64,000 bases of DNA from Truepera sp. (GCA_965218435.1 CBDCKW010000009.1:2496001-2560000), one strand, 5' to 3'; shown: positions 41,445 through 52,170, counted from the first letter of the stretch. Made by a program: numbers and translations. Notes: generated by a model not told the origin, from the letters alone.

Positions 41445-41883
41445 TTGACGATCAGGGCTCCACGCCAGACGAAGTTGACCTTTTTGTTTGTAAGCTACTG
41501 ACTTCTTTTTAGTTTGTCTAACTCGAGGTCAAAATAGCATTTCCAAACGAGGCCAGTATAAGTCCCATCTCTTAGAGGTGCGTGCCGGTCAATGAGGGCC
41601 ATCTTGAGAGCGTCCCTTCCCAGCTGATAGTTACGCAGTCGCCCGGTCGCCACCTCACCCTACAAGTGTTCACCTTACAAGTGTGTTCTAAGACTCTCTA
41701 GCAAACCTGCCCGCTCGCCTAAACTCGAGCCCGAATAAGGGCCGGGGCACACCGTCTCTAGCTAAGCTGACAAGTAGGCGCTCCGGTGACCTTACGTTCA
41801 TAGCGACGTGTTGGGAGCGACGTCTAGCCCAGCTAAGCCGTTGCCGGAACAAAGTCAACGAAGCCAACCGCGAGGGAGCAAGT

Positions 41884-42264
41884 ATGCCACGTGAGCGCGC
41901 AACCCAAACCCACTTAGCGGCCGTACCGGGGGCGCTCAGGCGCAGCGGCGTAACAGGTCCCTGCCGCAGCTACACTGCGCTGGTCGTCGCTGCCCCTACC
42001 TCGAGGCTGGAAAAAACTGCCTACGACTACGTTTTACGAATTCCGCTACCCGGCGTGTTACGTCACACCCTGAGGTGGCATCTCAAAGATGACACGCTGA
42101 GCGTCAGTGGCGACTGGGAGGGCGAGAGCGTAAGCGGCGCAGTATTCGGCTCAGTTTACCGGAGTGTGGCGCTGCCCCCTGACGCCATCCCCGCCGGGTT
42201 TGAAACGGGCCTCGAGGCGGGCAACTTCGTGCTCCGCATTCCTCGGCGCAGCCAGCAGAGTTAG
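41884..42264 (+). CDS. Divergent Hsp20/alpha-crystallin domain protein
   Basis: LPGV, LSVSG, FGSVYRSVALP and GNFVLRIPR patterns. Confidence 0.65.
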   Translation: MPRERATQTHLAAVPGALRRSGVTGPCRSYTALVVAAPTSRLEKTAYDYVLRIPLPGVLRHTLRWHLKDDTLSVSGDWEGESVSGAVFGSVYRSVALPPDAIPAGFETGLEAGNFVLRIPRRSQQS

Positions 42265-42406
42265 CTCAGCAGTTCCGCCCGGAGCGACTTTACAAGCTGA
42301 TTTTTTAGAGGTGACCATGCTTTCCAAAGCTTTAGGCAAAACCGGTAGTTATGACCGATAGGCGTAAAAAGAAGGCCGTTTCGTTGCTCCAGAAAGCGAT
42401 CTATAG

Positions 42407-43672
42407 ATGAATATCTTTAGCGGCGTCGCCGTCTTGATCACCATTGTTGCACTTTTTAGCTACCTCAATCAGCGTTGGCTCAAATTGCCGACCCCTATCG
42501 GTGTGATGATCCTGGCCCTGGGACTTTCTTTAGTCCTAATCGCGGTAGGGCCACAGCTGACCGGCGGCTGGGTTCGCCGTTTTGCGCTTGGTCTCAACTT
42601 CAGCAGCCTGGTACTCAACGGGATGCTGGGCTTTTTACTGTTCGCCAGCGCCTTACAGCTTGACGCCCGCGCGTTGGCCAAACGGAGGTGGGGCATCTTT
42701 CTGTTGGCGTTTCTAAGTACCGCACTCTCCACACTTTTTGTAGGGGGACTGATCTACGGCGCGTTTCAGCTGCTGGGGCTCACGTTGCCCCTGTTCTACG
42801 CCTTTGTCTTTGGGGCGCTGATCTCACCGACCGATCCGGTCGCGGTCGAGGGGCTGTTGGGCGAAGCTAAACTACCCGAAGCTTTACAAACCGTCATCAG
42901 CGGCGAGTCCCTGTTTAACGACGGGGTAGGCGTCGTATTTTTTACCGCGATCTTAAGTCTGGCAGGGTCTCAAACTGAGATTACCGCCGGCACGGTCTTG
43001 CTCGATTTGCTCCGCGAAGCAGGCGGCGGCGTCTTGTTAGGGCTGGTTTTAGGCTTTGTTACGACTAGGCTGACCAAACAGGCCAACGACTACACCGTTA
43101 TGGTCATGCTCACGCTCGCCGTAGCGACCGGCGGATATACCCTCGCTTTGGCGCTCGGGGTTTCCGGCCCGATTACGATGGTGACGGCGGGGCTGGTAAT
43201 CGGCAACAGCCTGCACCGTCAACCCGACCGCAAGTATCTAGGCGCTTATTGGAACGTAACTAACGATCTCTTAAATGCAGCCCTATTTGTCCTAATCGGG
43301 CTCGAGGTGCTCATCGTTCCCTTCGGTGGGAACGCGCTGCTAGCGGCACTTATCGCTATCCCCTCCGTTTTGCTGTCACGGTATGTCAGCGTCTGGTTGG
43401 CGCTGATTCCGGTACGCATTTTTATTACGATTCCGAGATCGTCTTTAACCTTGTTGACGTGGGCGGCGCTGCGGGGCGGTATCGCCATTGCGCTGGCTCT
43501 CTCTATTCCCGGCGGGCCGGAGCGTGACCTGATTTTAGTGATGACCTACGGCGTCGTGATTTTTTCGGTTTTGGTTCAGGGTCTAAGTATCAAACGCGTT
43601 GCGGCGAGGGTTCTTGGTGACTCCCAGGACAGTAACCCCCAAGACACGCCGCAACACGCCCCAGCCGACTAA
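42407..43672 (+). CDS. CPA1/NhaP Na+/H+ antiporter
   Basis: ISPTDPVAV, GESLFNDG and LRGG motifs. Confidence 0.93.
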   Translation: MNIFSGVAVLITIVALFSYLNQRWLKLPTPIGVMILALGLSLVLIAVGPQLTGGWVRRFALGLNFSSLVLNGMLGFLLFASALQLDARALAKRRWGIFLLAFLSTALSTLFVGGLIYGAFQLLGLTLPLFYAFVFGALISPTDPVAVEGLLGEAKLPEALQTVISGESLFNDGVGVVFFTAILSLAGSQTEITAGTVLLDLLREAGGGVLLGLVLGFVTTRLTKQANDYTVMVMLTLAVATGGYTLALALGVSGPITMVTAGLVIGNSLHRQPDRKYLGAYWNVTNDLLNAALFVLIGLEVLIVPFGGNALLAALIAIPSVLLSRYVSVWLALIPVRIFITIPRSSLTLLTWAALRGGIAIALALSIPGGPERDLILVMTYGVVIFSVLVQGLSIKRVAARVLGDSQDSNPQDTPQHAPAD

Positions 43673-43701
43673 GCCGAGGTTACGGCTCGAGCCTGGCAGC
43701 T

Positions 43702-44697
43702 CTAGTGGGATTGGGGCAACGCCGACCTTTGCGCCGCGATGATAGTGTCCATCAGCCGGTCGAGCTCTTGGTCAACGGTCTGCCGAGCCGGGTCAGCGTC
43801 AAACCAGGCCAGCACCTCTTCAGCGCCGCGGGCAAAGGGAATGGTTGCCACGTAGTCCGGCACAGCCCGCTTAATCTTACTGTTGTCAAAGGTCATGCTG
43901 TTCGCTTTGTCACCCAAAAGCCCCGCGCCCCAGCCCTCGTCGTAAGCCGCGACGACCTCTGACGGCACATGAACGAGCTCCGCCGTCGTCCCGGCAGCTC
44001 GAGCGACCGTTGCAAAAATCTGGTTCCAGGTGAGAGCTTCATCTGAAGTGATGTGAAAAGCCTCGCCAATCGTCTGCGGCTGACCCAAAAGGCCGATAAA
44101 CCCTTCTGCAAAGTCGCGGTGATGCGTCAACACCCAGAGCGACGTGCCGTCACCGTGAACGATAACCGGTTTGCCCTGCCGCATCCGGTTGACCACCGTA
44201 TAGCCGCCGTCCATCGGCAACAGTGTCCGGTCATAGGTGTGTGAGGGCCGAACAATCGTCATGGGAAACCCCTCGTCACGGTAGGCCCGAAGCAGCCGCT
44301 CTTCACAGGCGATCTTATCGCGCGAATACTGCCAGTAAGGGTTTTTTAGCGGGGTAGACTCGAGCACCGGCAAACTCAGCGGCGGCGTCTGATACGCCGA
44401 GGCCGAGCTGATAAACATGTACTGCTGCGTTCGGTCCCGGAAGAGCTTTAGGTCAGTTTCGATGTGTTCAGGCGTAAACGCTACCCAGTTGACCACAACG
44501 TCAAAAGTCAGGTTTGAGAGCGCCGCAGCTGCCGACGCCGGGTCGCGGATGTCACCTTGAAGGACGTGCGCCCCCTCGGGAATGGGCCTCGCGCTTTGGC
44601 CGCGGCTCAGCAAGTAGAGTTCCAGGCCCCGCTCTAACGCCAGCTGCGAACAAGCCGAGCTGATAATGCCGGTACCGCCGACGAATAAAACTTTCAT
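43702..44697 (-). CDS. NAD-dependent epimerase/dehydratase (extended SDR)
   Basis: GGTGIIS and YSRDK motifs. Confidence 0.9.
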   Translation of the reverse strand: MKVLFVGGTGIISSACSQLALERGLELYLLSRGQSARPIPEGAHVLQGDIRDPASAAAALSNLTFDVVVNWVAFTPEHIETDLKLFRDRTQQYMFISSASAYQTPPLSLPVLESTPLKNPYWQYSRDKIACEERLLRAYRDEGFPMTIVRPSHTYDRTLLPMDGGYTVVNRMRQGKPVIVHGDGTSLWVLTHHRDFAEGFIGLLGQPQTIGEAFHITSDEALTWNQIFATVARAAGTTAELVHVPSEVVAAYDEGWGAGLLGDKANSMTFDNSKIKRAVPDYVATIPFARGAEEVLAWFDADPARQTVDQELDRLMDTIIAAQRSALPQSH

Positions 44698-44941
44698 AAC
44701 TGCTCAGCTTTCAAATCAGACATATGACGCAACCTCAGGATCTCCGTAGTTTGAACTTAGGTCACGTTACCACCTAGATGCTGGGGCGGGTTATAAAACG
44801 CAGGGCAAATCGGCCGCCAAGCATAAAACTTAAGGTTTGCTTAAGCCTTACCTTTTAGGCTAATGAAGCTAGACGCGTGCAAGGCGCGTTTTTGAAGGAG
44901 GCAACTATGAACTATCGACTTCTCCCCGCCTCGAGCACCCT

Positions 44942-45127
44942 ATGAACGTCTTACCCGATGCTCCGGTGCTGATTGTCGTGCTGCACCTCGCCGCGTTAGC
45001 GGCGCTACTTAGCTACGGCGTAGTCACGCAAGTTCGGCGCTTACTGATCCTTCGCGCGACCAGACCTAAAGAGCCCCCCAAAAAGACGTTTTCAAGGCCC
45101 GTACAGCTCTCAAAGTTACGCCATTAA
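44942..45127 (+). CDS. Small single-TM protein, possibly frameshifted from an ATG at 44907
   Basis: Hydrophobic helix plus basic tail; the strong SD precedes the out-of-frame ATG at 44907. Confidence 0.45.
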   Translation: MNVLPDAPVLIVVLHLAALAALLSYGVVTQVRRLLILRATRPKEPPKKTFSRPVQLSKLRH

Positions 45128-45466
45128 CACCCAAACAGTACCGTAAAAAAGCAGCGCCGTAAAAACTGCTGAAAAGCCGAATCACCTCGGCACCGTCAGC
45201 TGTACCGTTACACCGCGGCCAAAGATGTCCGGTGCAAGCTCTTGAGCGGTGCCGGCAGAGCCTATCCCCAAATATGGCTTTTTAAGCTTATCTACTTCGC
45301 CCGGCCCGGTTAGACCCTTAAGATTTTTACGGCGCTACAGCGCCACCTCATGCGGCACCGTTTCGCCGCCGTCATTCCAGAACGTACATGCTAGGCTATG
45401 TCCGAATTAGCGCGTCTCTCCGCAGAACTTCGTACACTCAAACCGGGTGCTACCTGCCAGACAAGC

Positions 45467-46780
45467 TTAAACCAGCGTTTCTTCGGTTGGTAGGGGCGTC
45501 GCGTCAGCTGCAGCACCGTCTGATGCCGCTTCGATACGGCCGAGCTGCCTAAGTTCCGGCCACACCCACGCGATCAGCGGCACCACCACGAGCACCCCGA
45601 CGCCGCCGATGACGACCGCCGCGGTTGCGCCGACCAGCGCGGCTAAAAGCCCCGACTCAAACTCGCCGAACTCGTTTGACATCCCGATAAAGATGTGGTG
45701 GACAGCTCCTACCCGGCCCCGCATGGCGTCAGGGGTAAACACGAGCTCGAGGGTATTACGGATCACCACGCTGACCGCGTCAAAGGCCCCTAACAGGGCC
45801 AGCGCAAGGAGCGAAAGTCCAAACGACCGGGACAACCCCAGCAAAATAGTCGCGACGCCAAAGGCGGCTACCGTCATGAGCAGCGTCCTACCTGCTTTTT
45901 GAAAGGGACCGCGGTGGGCTACCGCCAGCGCCATCAGCGCCGCGCCCACAGCGGGCGCGGCGCGGAGCAGTCCCAAACCGGTGGCACCAACGTGGAGCAC
46001 CGCGAGCGCAAAAATCGGTAAGAGGGCGGTTGCACCGCCGAGCAAAACCGACACCATATCGAGCAAGACAGCTGAGAAGAGCACCTTCGTTTGCCAGATA
46101 AAGTAAACCCCGGCTAACAGTGACGCCCGGGTTAGTTTCTCTTTGGGGCGAGCAACGTAGTCCGTCCGCATCGACCCGAGCGCAAAGGCTCCTAAAGCGA
46201 GCATAAGCGCGGTCAGCAAAAAAACCGGCGCGGAACCGCGAATAAGCGCGACGCTGACCCCACCGACCGCTGGACCCAACACCGACGCGAGTTGCCCCAG
46301 ACTGCTGCTCCAGGCCGACGCGTTGCCAAACGCTTCTGACGGCACACTCGAGGCGACCAGCGGAGCCTGCACGGCGTTTCTAAACGCCCTCGCAATTCCC
46401 ATGACGAACAGGCCCAGATAGAGCAGCCAAAGCGGTGCGCCGGTTGCCGCGACGAAAGCTAGTAGCAGCGTCGCCAGGGCACTAAAGAGCGCCGCCGCAA
46501 CGCCGATGCGTTTGGGGTTGTGATTATCCACGTATTGTCCGGCGGGCAGCGAGATAAAGATAACCGGAACGATCTGAACCAGCCCCACCACGCCGAGCGC
46601 CAGCGCCGAACGGGTCAGCTCGAAGATATACCAACCGACGACGACGCTTAAGATAGCGCCGGAAAATGAAGCGAGGAAGTTGGCGCTCAGCAGGAGGCGA
46701 AAATCGCGGATACGCAGAGCGAGATACGCGTCATGCGTTTCACTGTCAGGGTTTGCACCATCAGGGTCTAAATTGGGCAC
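45467..46780 (-). CDS. MFS transporter (EntS/MFS_3-like)
   Basis: About 12 TM segments; PDAMRGRV motif. Confidence 0.9.
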   Translation of the reverse strand: MPNLDPDGANPDSETHDAYLALRIRDFRLLLSANFLASFSGAILSVVVGWYIFELTRSALALGVVGLVQIVPVIFISLPAGQYVDNHNPKRIGVAAALFSALATLLLAFVAATGAPLWLLYLGLFVMGIARAFRNAVQAPLVASSVPSEAFGNASAWSSSLGQLASVLGPAVGGVSVALIRGSAPVFLLTALMLALGAFALGSMRTDYVARPKEKLTRASLLAGVYFIWQTKVLFSAVLLDMVSVLLGGATALLPIFALAVLHVGATGLGLLRAAPAVGAALMALAVAHRGPFQKAGRTLLMTVAAFGVATILLGLSRSFGLSLLALALLGAFDAVSVVIRNTLELVFTPDAMRGRVGAVHHIFIGMSNEFGEFESGLLAALVGATAAVVIGGVGVLVVVPLIAWVWPELRQLGRIEAASDGAAADATPLPTEETLV

Positions 46781-46993
46781 AGGCTGCTGGCTCCTCGTCG
46801 GCTTGCAGGTAGGTATCGGAGTAACGCATAGCGGCCCAGCGCACTGAAAGGCCGCATCTTGATACTATGACAGCGAGGCTTACCGGGCGTGGTAGCCTCT
46901 GGTCTTAATCACACCATACGCTCACGACGCCCCTGGACAAACCGCGTAGCTGCCTAGCTGAATGGGGCAGGCGAAGATGTTAGGTGGACCTTG

Positions 46994-47470
46994 ATGAAAG
47001 TTAGAACAGTTGTCCCTACAGTTGTGTTAGCCGTACTTGCAGCGGTCGTCGTCGCAGGCGTTTGGGGCTCGCGCCGTCAGCCTTTAGGGGTCAGGGAGGG
47101 GCGTCTACTGCCCTGTCCAGATTCACCCAACTGCGTCTCGAGCTTTGCACAAAGCGATCAATCCGGCGAACACGGGATGAAACCGGTTCCTTACACCGGC
47201 ACGCCGCAAAAGGCGCTGGCCGCCGTGATGCAGGTGATGGCCGGACTGCCGCGCACGACCTTGTTAGAGAAGAAGGGCAACTACGCACGTTTTGCGGTGC
47301 GCTCGGCTCGAGTCGGTTTCATAGATGACGTGGAGTTTTTGGTCACTGACGGCCAAATTCAGTTTCGCAGCGCGTCGCGGTTGGGGCGCTCTGACCTCGG
47401 CGTCAACCGGGAGCGGATGACTCTGGTTAGTCAGAGGTTACGTCAGCGTTTGGATGAGGCCAGGGTTTAA
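46994..47470 (+). CDS. DUF1499 family protein
   Basis: CPDSPNCVSS, FIDDVEF and RSASRLGRSDLGVNRER motifs. Confidence 0.9.
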   Translation: MKVRTVVPTVVLAVLAAVVVAGVWGSRRQPLGVREGRLLPCPDSPNCVSSFAQSDQSGEHGMKPVPYTGTPQKALAAVMQVMAGLPRTTLLEKKGNYARFAVRSARVGFIDDVEFLVTDGQIQFRSASRLGRSDLGVNRERMTLVSQRLRQRLDEARV

Positions 47471-47604
47471 CTTAGCAGCCCGAACAACCCTCTAGAGGCC
47501 AAGGGTTCGTAGGGAATTAGACAGGCCGTTTTTGCCTCTCGTGGTACATTTTGGGTAGTAAAGCGGCTGGTATTCCAGTACCCCTAGCCGCTCTGGAGGA
47601 CCCA

Positions 47605-48597
47605 ATGTCAACTAGTAACACAACTCAAGCCGACGTGATCGTCATCGGGGGTGGCCCCGCCGGTCTTACGGCCGGTATCTACACCGGACGCGCTCAGCTC
47701 AAAACGCTTATCTTAGAAAAAGGACTCCCCGGCGGCCAGATTGCTCAGACTCAAGAGGTTGAAAACTATCCCGGGTTTGACGAGACCGTGAGCGGCCCTG
47801 AACTCTCGCAGCGGATGGTGCGGCAAGCCGAAAAGTTCGGCGCTGAAATCCTGATGGAAGAGGTGCAGAGCATCGCGCGTAAAGGTGACGGCTTTGTCGT
47901 TACCGGCTACGACGGCCTCTACGAAGCACCTGCGCTGATCGTCTCGACCGGCGCAACCCCGCGCCGCTTAGGAGTTCCCGGCGAAGACGAGTTTTACGGG
48001 CGCGGCGTCTCGACCTGCGCGACCTGTGACGGCTTTTTTTACCGGGGCAAAAATGTCGTCGTTATCGGTGGCGGTGACGCCGCCGTCGAAGAGGGTTCGT
48101 TTTTAACCAAATTTGCCGAGAGCGTCACTGTGATTCACCGCCGCAGCGAACTGCGCGCCAACAAAGAGGCGCAGCGGCGTGCGTTTGCCAACCCCAAGAT
48201 GAAGTGGGTGTGGAATACCGTCGTTGAAAAGGTCGTCGGTGACGAGCAGGTTACCGGCGTCGCGGTGCGGAACATCGAAACAGGTGAGCAGCGTACGCTC
48301 CCGACTGACGGCGTGTTTATCTATGTCGGACACAACCCTAATACCGACTACTTGGGCGGACTCATTGAGCTGACGCACATGGGGTACGCGAAAGTTCACG
48401 ACGAAATCTATACCAACGTCCCGGGGATTTTTGCTGCAGGTGACGTCGCTGATGAGGTTTATAGGCAGCTGGCGACGAGTGTTGGAGCCGGCACGCGGGC
48501 GGCGATGGCCGCTGAACGCTACCTCGCTGAAAAAGAGGCGCACGTGCATATCTCGAGTTCAGAAGCCGACATTTTAGATGCGGTAGACGCGGTTTAA
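47605..48597 (+). CDS. trxB: Thioredoxin reductase
   Basis: GGGPAG, CATCDG and GGGDAA motifs; GGAGG SD before ATG at 47605. Confidence 0.98.
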   Translation: MSTSNTTQADVIVIGGGPAGLTAGIYTGRAQLKTLILEKGLPGGQIAQTQEVENYPGFDETVSGPELSQRMVRQAEKFGAEILMEEVQSIARKGDGFVVTGYDGLYEAPALIVSTGATPRRLGVPGEDEFYGRGVSTCATCDGFFYRGKNVVVIGGGDAAVEEGSFLTKFAESVTVIHRRSELRANKEAQRRAFANPKMKWVWNTVVEKVVGDEQVTGVAVRNIETGEQRTLPTDGVFIYVGHNPNTDYLGGLIELTHMGYAKVHDEIYTNVPGIFAAGDVADEVYRQLATSVGAGTRAAMAAERYLAEKEAHVHISSSEADILDAVDAV

Positions 48598-48626
48598 GGA
48601 TTTCAACGCCTAGCAGAGCTTTAACT

Positions 48627-48661
48627 AAGAGCACCGAATAGCGATTATTCGGTGCTCTTTT
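48627..48661 (+). terminator. Intrinsic terminator after trxB
   Basis: AAGAGCACCGAATA/TATTCGGTGCTCTT stem followed by a T-run. Confidence 0.85.
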
Positions 48662-48734
48662 CGCAGATGCAAGCCAGAAAAGGGGTTGTCACTCGGTTTT
48701 GTTGACCTACCACCTGAGCAGCGTAAATTCGTGA

Positions 48735-48788
48735 GGATAACGCTCCGGTTGCAGCAGACAGCCCGCCGCTGCAACCGGAGCGTTATAC
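48735..48788 (-). repeat. attC-like inverted repeat downstream of the VOC gene
   Basis: TATAAC...GTTATCC boundaries; 19-bp perfect arms at 48737-48755 and 48768-48786. Confidence 0.6.
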
Positions 48789-48861
48789 GCCAATAAAAGT
48801 ATCCCAACGGCCCTTTGCCTGCCGCAAGGCGAGTGCGTTCCTGCGCCTATACGGGGACGCT

Positions 48862-49299
48862 TTACCCGAGCTGCTCGGCAAGTCCGATGAGAAGTCCTTC
48901 AGGTCCGCGGAGGTAGCAGAGCCGGTACGCGTTCCTATACTGGACCACTTCGCCGACGAGCTGTGCGCCGCGCTTGCGGAGCCTGACAAGCAACTCGTCA
49001 AGGTCGTCCACGGTGAACATGACGCGGAGGTAGCCGAGAGCGTTCACCGGAGCGGTTCGGTGATCGGCGACTACAGGCGGGGTGAGAAATTGCGAGAGCT
49101 CGAGCCGACTGTAGCCATCGGGAGTGACCATCATAGCGATCTCGACGCGCTGGGAGCCCAGTCCGGTGACGCGCCCGGCCCATGCTCCTTCGACCGTGGC
49201 TCGCCCTTCAAACTTCAGGCCAAGCTCGGCGAAAAAAGAGATGGCAGTATCGAGGGATTCTACGACGATGCCTACGTTGTCCATCCGCTTAAGGGCCAC
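48862..49299 (-). CDS. VOC/glyoxalase family protein
   Basis: DNVGIVV, LELSQF and YLRGPEG...LAE motifs. Confidence 0.92.
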   Translation of the reverse strand: MALKRMDNVGIVVESLDTAISFFAELGLKFEGRATVEGAWAGRVTGLGSQRVEIAMMVTPDGYSRLELSQFLTPPVVADHRTAPVNALGYLRVMFTVDDLDELLVRLRKRGAQLVGEVVQYRNAYRLCYLRGPEGLLIGLAEQLG

Positions 49300-49398
49300 C
49301 TTGTTTCCTCCCCTTCTTGACCGGAAACGTCCGGCATTTGCTATTCACATGGCGCAGAACTACAGCTTTTCAGACAAACGCCTTGACGACCCGCAAGG

Positions 49399-50559
49399 CT
49401 AACGGCTCGGCGGCGTAATCTGATAGAGGACGATCCTCGGACGAGCATAAACGAGTAAAAAGTCGCCACCGGCCCAGAGCGGTTGACCTACGACTGCACG
49501 CCACCGCCGAGAGCCTTCTGAGAGTACGGTATAACGTCCGTCGGCAACAGCTTGCCAACCACCGCCACCCAACACGCCCGTCGGCGGCTCGAGCCGACCC
49601 TGCTGCACCAAAGACGAGAGCGAAAAGAGCGGGTCGGGTAGGGTTTTAGGAAACATTTCAGGGGGAGACGTACCAAACCAGGTCAAGTCAGGACCGGCAG
49701 CCTTCAGCGTGTCCCCAGGTTTGCCGAGTGCAGGGTAACGCCCGCCGGTTTTGCTCACCGGGTCAAAGCGTTCGGCAACGACCAAAAATGGTGCGCCGCG
49801 GCCCGGTTCGTAAAAGATATACGGGCGAATCTGCGCTTCACCTAACCCGAGGGCTTCGGCGGCCTCTAAAAGTCGCGCTCGGCCGGTCGCACTCAGTGCC
49901 CCTCCGGGTACGTCTTCTTCGGGAGCGAAGAGGGGCAAGTTGGTCACCCGCAGGGCGACGTTCGCGTCAGCGGGCGCAGCGTCCGGCAGCGGCGCGGCCC
50001 GCCACGCAGCAAAAGGAGACAGCGCGAGTTTGGGGGTGAGGACGCGGTAGATGGCCAGTAGCGGTTCGTTTTCAAAGCGTCCCTGGGTTCTTAGGGCTGC
50101 GGCGTCTCCCCAGGGCACGACCTCGAGCCGCTCAAAAGGTGAAACGCTGTAACGCGCGACAAAGCGGGGCTCGAGCGGGATCAGGTCGGGCGGGATGCCC
50201 TCAGCAAGGGCCGGAACCGGCACCGTGCCGCCAACGCCGCGCATCGCCGACGCGTACGCCTGCGCCCCATCACGGTCGGCAAAGGCACCCACCCGGAGCC
50301 GGTAGATCGTCTGCACGTCGCCAGGGACGCTGACCAAGTAGGCTGGGTAGCCTTCGTCGCGGAGTGTACGCCGCAAACTTTCCGCTGAGGTTTGGTCCGA
50401 CAGTGCCGCGACCTGGACGGTGTAAGAGATAGCCTGCGCCGAGGCCGTTTGGTAGCTCAGAAAAAAGCTGCTGAGTGCCAGTAGCACAGCATGGCGCGTG
50501 ACATGGTTAAGTAACGTGTTAAGTAACGTTTTGGTTTGCCCCGGCCTGTGACGCTGCAC
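49399..50559 (-). CDS. SPOR-domain secreted protein
   Basis: Signal peptide; YTVQVAA...YRLRVGAF SPOR motif. Confidence 0.8.
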   Translation of the reverse strand: MQRHRPGQTKTLLNTLLNHVTRHAVLLALSSFFLSYQTASAQAISYTVQVAALSDQTSAESLRRTLRDEGYPAYLVSVPGDVQTIYRLRVGAFADRDGAQAYASAMRGVGGTVPVPALAEGIPPDLIPLEPRFVARYSVSPFERLEVVPWGDAAALRTQGRFENEPLLAIYRVLTPKLALSPFAAWRAAPLPDAAPADANVALRVTNLPLFAPEEDVPGGALSATGRARLLEAAEALGLGEAQIRPYIFYEPGRGAPFLVVAERFDPVSKTGGRYPALGKPGDTLKAAGPDLTWFGTSPPEMFPKTLPDPLFSLSSLVQQGRLEPPTGVLGGGGWQAVADGRYTVLSEGSRRWRAVVGQPLWAGGDFLLVYARPRIVLYQITPPSR

Positions 50560-50636
50560 CTTTTTAGCCTATCATTCAGGCCGCTAGGGTTCCAAGCGTG
50601 CTGACGCGAGCGGCGTAGCTCGAGCCCTGCTGGTCA

Positions 50637-52109
50637 TCAGACGGCTTCGGCAGCTTCAGCGGCAGGTTGAGATTCGGGGGTAGGGGCTTTACCCTCAAGC
50701 GGCGTGCCCTCGACTAGTGAGGCGTTTAAGATAACCTCGATCGCGTCGTCTACCAGCTGGTCAAAATCTCCGGCTTCGACCACCGCAACGCCCTCAGCCT
50801 TGGCCTGAGCGACACAAAAATCTTGAATCATCCGAATCTCTTCAAAGTGTGCCAGATAGTGCTCGCGGCGGCGGCGGCTCTGCGTCTGCGTCTCGCGGGT
50901 GCCGAAATAGCTTTCGTGGAGTTTGGGGTCAGAGACGTTTAAGATAAACTCAACGACGGTCGCGCCCTCTTGCTCTAAAGGCATAAACCCCGGCACCAGA
51001 TGTACACCCTCCATCACCAGAGAACTCGCCTCAGCGATACTGCGTTCGACAATCGCTTGCAGCGGCGCTGTGAGCTGCTGCACCTGCCGCTGAAAACCGC
51101 GCACGACCCTTTTGCGTTTGGGTTTGGGTTGCTCGGAAGGGAGCAGTTCGGCGCGCCACGCGGTAAAGCTCGAGGTGTGCAGCTCCGGGCTCAACTCGGG
51201 GCTGATTAAACTTCTCAGTGCCTGCCGAATCGCGTCGGTTGAGACGATGCGCGGTAAGCCCAACCGGTACGCGAGCGCCGACGCGAGGTTCGATTTGCCG
51301 ACGCCCGGTGCGCCGCCGACCAAGATGATCAGGGGCCGTTCAGGTCGACGCAGCGCGTGCAGCAGCTCGTAACGGCGGACAAACTCTTCGCCTGCTTCTT
51401 GGAGGAGCAGCCGTTTAACGCTGCCGCGCAGGGTTGTGAGCGTCAGGTCACGCTGGCCCAGCCGCCACAGGGCTACCTCGGTGCGTTTGGCAAGTTGGTG
51501 TGACAGCTCCGGGCTGAGCCCCAAAGCCATCAAAGATTGGGCCAAGATACCTCTCGAGTACGGCACCCTTACGCCGTCCTCTTGAATAACCCACAGCTCC
51601 GAAGGCCGTCCCTGCGCCGCTTCAAACCGCTCCCTCGCCTCACGCCCATACCGCACGCCGATAGCCAGCGCCGTCTGATGCACCAGTTCCGGCGGCGTAA
51701 TCAGGTCCGAGCCACTCCGCCGGAGCTCTCCCTCGACCTGCCGCGCCAAAGTGTTCGCTTCCTTGAACGAATAACCCTGCTTTTCCAAGCTGCCAGCCAA
51801 ATTGCGGCGCGAAAAGGCCGTCTCTTCGGCGTCGCCCTCCCGGACTCTGAGCGGCGCAAAGGGCGGCGGTTGGTCGGCAAAACGGGCCGCCGCCTCGGAA
51901 CCGTGCGCTTCTTTAACCAGCTCTGTCAGCGTCGAAACGAGCGCGGCGAGCTTGACCTCTTTTTTGGGCCGGTAGTGTTTCTCTAAGGCCCGCGCCAACC
52001 GGATCGAGTCGTCGGTTAAAAGTCCCGCACCCTGAAGCGATTCGACGACCGTCCCGAGTTGAAACGGCACCTTGTCACCTTCGCGCACGACCTTAAACCC
52101 CTGCTTCAT
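50637..52109 (-). CDS. 2-phosphoglycerate kinase-like P-loop protein with repeated ATP-cone-like domains
   Basis: PF/PYSRGIL cone motifs; GGAPGVGKS, STDAIR and EGVH motifs. Confidence 0.8.
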   Translation of the reverse strand: MKQGFKVVREGDKVPFQLGTVVESLQGAGLLTDDSIRLARALEKHYRPKKEVKLAALVSTLTELVKEAHGSEAAARFADQPPPFAPLRVREGDAEETAFSRRNLAGSLEKQGYSFKEANTLARQVEGELRRSGSDLITPPELVHQTALAIGVRYGREARERFEAAQGRPSELWVIQEDGVRVPYSRGILAQSLMALGLSPELSHQLAKRTEVALWRLGQRDLTLTTLRGSVKRLLLQEAGEEFVRRYELLHALRRPERPLIILVGGAPGVGKSNLASALAYRLGLPRIVSTDAIRQALRSLISPELSPELHTSSFTAWRAELLPSEQPKPKRKRVVRGFQRQVQQLTAPLQAIVERSIAEASSLVMEGVHLVPGFMPLEQEGATVVEFILNVSDPKLHESYFGTRETQTQSRRRREHYLAHFEEIRMIQDFCVAQAKAEGVAVVEAGDFDQLVDDAIEVILNASLVEGTPLEGKAPTPESQPAAEAAEAV

Positions 52110-52170
52110 ATACTCAGTTTAAGCCCCGTGAGAAAGGGTAAAGGCGCGGACGCCGACAGAAAGGGTCAGG

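Noticed and set aside
41495..41653. 52-codon minus-strand ORF in the ROK-Hsp20 gap
   Set aside because: No recognisable family or convincing start signal
41794..41810. CGTTCATAGCGACGT resembles a large-subunit rRNA segment
   Set aside because: Only about 15 nt with no flanking similarity; probably chance
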